The position numbers and the translations under genes are program-made. Shown here in pieces: positions 50,401 to 52,033 of a stretch of 52,033 nucleotides of DNA. The notes under the pieces are model-generated. The model was not told the origin of the DNA and ran no database searches. It saw only the letters and a list, made by a program, of their open reading frames with translations. Each line of letters opens with the position of its first letter. Positions within the stretch are counted from its first letter, which is position 1. This DNA comes from an uncultured Arenibacter sp. (GTDB lineage Bacteria > Bacteroidota > Bacteroidia > Flavobacteriales > Flavobacteriaceae): the NCBI GenBank assembly GCA_965652575.1, contig CBFGWQ010000001.1, positions 1 to 52,033 of the forward strand, read 5' to 3'.

Positions 50401-50715
50401 TGAAATAATTCTATGGAACACCTCGCTTTTATTTAAACTTCCGGGCTTTAAAGCAAACTTTCCCGGTGACTCCCCAAGCTCCTTATAAGCTGCTTCCGGG
50501 GTATGCAATTGGAGGTCGGCCTTTATTTTTGCCTTATCGGGACCATGGCATATAAAGCATTTATCCGAGAGGATGGGCTTTACATGCAGATTAAAATCTA
50601 CTTTCTCAGGTAATTTATCGTATTCAAGGGATACCAGTTCGGGTATATCCGGACCTCCACAAGAAAATAATAATAAAATCCAGCAAAAAACTAAAAGATT
50701 CTTAATAATTACCAT
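47491..50715 (-). CDS. Lipoprotein: planctomycete cytochrome c + DUF1549 + LamG/ConA-like insert + DUF1553 (copy 1)
   Basis: LFSC lipobox; CFICH and CARCH; FSIGLW, WVHFAITYDG, LFVDG, VDEIRVYER.LS; TNTPLQAL. Confidence 0.9.
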   Translation of the reverse strand: MVIIKNLLVFCWILLLFSCGGPDIPELVSLEYDKLPEKVDFNLHVKPILSDKCFICHGPDKAKIKADLQLHTPEAAYKELGESPGKFALKPGSLNKSEVFHRIISNDPNYVMPEPDSHLSLSDHEKAVLIKWIEQGAEYKDHWAFIKPMAYEVPKVQDKAGLVRNPIDNFVLARLEQDKLQFSPKADKELLLRRLYLDLIGLPPTLEEMDSFIEDTSPRAYEKVVDKLLSSPHYGEQMALDWMDLARFADTHGYSVDRYRDMSPWRDWVIDAFNKNMSYEQFVTWQMAGDLIENPTRETILATAFNRVHPQNMEGGIVNEEFLVEYAVDRASTAGQAFMGLTVACARCHDHKYDPISHKDFYELTSFFNNVNESGQISWNDATPVPTLMMTTEEEEKVLAYMEGLINDVEGEIKRQEQQEVADNFDKWLADKQYRSIGKQIPSNGLTAYFDLNDQGLQNAIDPKQRGTMKREGNEGQKINLSDGKQGKGVLLDGDTWLDLRKTGVFGRNDAFSIGLWANIPSNIGNGNIFHKGDGAILYNWRGYHLKIVDNRLELMMAHTAPNNAIVEISKNTFPRDQWVHFAITYDGSSKAEGFRLFVDGKEMETVVKTDNLYKDILFRNNNEPGLQLGARLRGKGIKGAVVDEIRVYERELSGLEVMQLANDLQLNELIKKEVAGLGSLDKELLWEHYLKSVSQTTRLQHRKLAELRKGYVDSVEKVKEVMVMEETPEPVPSYILDRGVYNARGEEVFPNTPKAILPMPEDYPKNRLGFAKWLFHEDHPLTARVAVNRFWQHYFGFGLVKTSEDFGNQGEMPSHPKLLDWLALQFRDSGWDVKAFQKLIVMSHTYQQSSMVSEELMEMDSDNRLLARGPSKRLSGEMLRDNALAGSGLLNKTIGGESVSPYQPEGLWRVNNATYRQDTGEKLYRRSMYTIWKRSVPHPTLATFDAPARDVCTIQRQETNTPLQALVLLNDPTYIEASRVLGKRMVDSGDLKLGISNVFRQLTGRKIKQDELQLLVELQQNEYKKFEANLERAKGWLNTGEFTLDSGDNKALVAANAVVANTIMNADACITKR

Positions 50716-50742
50716 GCCAAAACTATCTAATTACTGCCTTTT

Positions 50743-50750
50743 CAAAGATA
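50743..50750 (-). promoter_or_regulatory. -7 promoter element of the DUF1553/DUF1501 operon
   Basis: TATCTTTG on the minus strand, 27 nt upstream of the ATG at 50715. Confidence 0.65.
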
Positions 50751-50929
50751 AAATTTAAGGAATCATAATATTCATCCAAATCAGTTTAAGTATTGCACAT
50801 TTCCGACATAAATACTCTTCTTATTACTGTTCCTAAATACATTATTTGCTAATTTAGCAGTGAATCATTTCATTTTTAAATAAAAACATATTGGATACCA
50901 CTGTACCAAATCCGACAAATCCTTGAGAC

Positions 50930-51802
50930 ATGTCCAAAATTCTTCAATCCCTAAAATTAGCTTTATTAAATGTAGGTTATGCAAAACTTGGCCCGCTATG
51001 GGATTATGACGATGTTATCAGCCCCTTTGTCAGACTCTATTATATTACCAAAGGAAACGCTATGATCTATCACAATAATGAAGCCATCGAATTGAAACCA
51101 GGTCATATATATCTAATTCCCAGCTATACTTTTGGCAGATATAAATGTGATGTATACCATGAGCAATACTACATCTGTTGCTTGGAAGAACTAAAAAATG
51201 GCTATTCCATTTTCAATTATGGCCATTTTATTTACGAGTTGGAAGCAAACCCCATGGATCCGTATTATTTTAAACGTCTCTTGGAAATAAATCCAAATAG
51301 GCAATTGGAAAACTATAACCCAAAAGTTTATGACAACAGGCCTACACTTATGGATTTTGAAAAGAAGAACGAAGAATTAAGTCCTTCCGCTTATATGGAG
51401 ACCCATGCCATTTTGGGGATATTGTTGTCCAGATTTATAAAGAATCCCAAATCCGAATCCGTAAAGAGTAATGTAAAAAAGGAATTTGGCATGGTCCTTA
51501 ATTATATCCATGAAAATCTCCACGAAAATTTAAGCGTAAAACGATTGGCCGACTTCTGCCATTTGAACACCGATTACTTTTCCAGGGTCTTCAATGAAAA
51601 TTTTGGCATGCGCCCCAATAAATATATCCAATCCAAACGTATTGAAAGGGCCCAATTATTATTGCTCTCCACCAACAATTCCCTAAAGCAGATTGCGGAA
51701 AAAGTGGGATTGGAAAATCTTTCCTATTTTACAAGAATATTTAAAAACCATACGGGTAAGACGCCTGGAGTTTTCAGGGAGAATCAATTGGAAAACAAAT
51801 AG
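50930..51802 (+). CDS. AraC family transcriptional regulator (cupin + HTH), divergent
   Basis: RLYYITKG...LKPG..YLIP, LA..CHL..DYFSR.F, IAEKVG...SYF.R.FK..TG.TP. Confidence 0.95.
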   Translation: MSKILQSLKLALLNVGYAKLGPLWDYDDVISPFVRLYYITKGNAMIYHNNEAIELKPGHIYLIPSYTFGRYKCDVYHEQYYICCLEELKNGYSIFNYGHFIYELEANPMDPYYFKRLLEINPNRQLENYNPKVYDNRPTLMDFEKKNEELSPSAYMETHAILGILLSRFIKNPKSESVKSNVKKEFGMVLNYIHENLHENLSVKRLADFCHLNTDYFSRVFNENFGMRPNKYIQSKRIERAQLLLLSTNNSLKQIAEKVGLENLSYFTRIFKNHTGKTPGVFRENQLENK

Positions 51803-51899
51803 CACCTTCTCCTATTTCATCATTGGTATTTTGGAACAGACTAAAATTCCCTTACGATAACCGGGTAAAAAGTCAGCAATAGGCAAAAAACGGATTCTA

Positions 51900-52033
51900 C
51901 TAGCCCTTTGTAAACACCAAATCGAAATTGATGGTAACATTATCCCCCACTATAATTTGCCCAAACATTGCAGTAGGAGGCTCCATATTATAATCCTGCA
52001 ACCTTATTTCCTTACTTCCCTTAAAAACGTAAT
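51900..52033 (-). CDS. 3' end of a YceI-family protein (5' part outside the window)
   Basis: Hand translation YVFKGSKEIRLQDYNMEPPTAMFGQIIVGDNVTINFDLVFTKG*, typical of a YceI C-terminus. Confidence 0.75.
   Translation of the reverse strand, partial: YVFKGSKEIRLQDYNMEPPTAMFGQIIVGDNVTINFDLVFTKG

Noticed and set aside
559-50758. Numerous 60-155 aa ORFs antisense to or nested in the long genes
   Set aside because: They are shadow frames of well-supported genes and show no recognisable motifs.
50802-50917. TCCGACA repeated twice in the AraC divergent region as an operator
   Set aside because: Only 7 nt and about 109 nt apart; too weak without comparative data.
1-52033. CRISPR array, tRNA/rRNA, prophage, transposase or defence system
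   Set aside because: No regularly spaced repeats, RNA gene signatures or corresponding protein motifs were seen.

Overview
The window looks like a Bacteroidota chromosome segment, probably marine Flavobacteriaceae (SusC/SusD, hybrid two-component system, TAnnTTTG promoters). From left to right it holds: (i) a two-subunit IorAB/NicAB-type molybdoenzyme whose large subunit has Tat and lipoprotein signals; (ii) a polysaccharide utilisation locus (HTCS, SusC, SusD, Lin0857-like GH130 phosphorylase, MFS and two unassigned exported six-hairpin-like proteins) that may target beta-1,2-mannan; (iii) a sulfatase; (iv) an RND efflux operon preceded by a promoter, a secreted acidic leader ORF and a terminator-like hairpin; (v) a sulfatase, two ThuA proteins, ppnP, an SGNH hydrolase and a GGCT-like gene; (vi) an unannotated 35-aa basic ORF behind a long structured 5' region; (vii) a membrane protein, an M20 amidohydrolase and ApbE; (viii) a duplicated module of planctomycete-type di-haem cytochrome (DUF1549/DUF1553), Tat DUF1501 and membrane cytochrome c/LRR protein, with a PAL-like beta-propeller and a divergent AraC gene; (ix) the 3' end of a YceI gene. 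Several REP/MITE-like elements lie between genes. I saw no rRNA, tRNA, CRISPR array or transposase. Family calls come from motif recognition by eye, not database searches.
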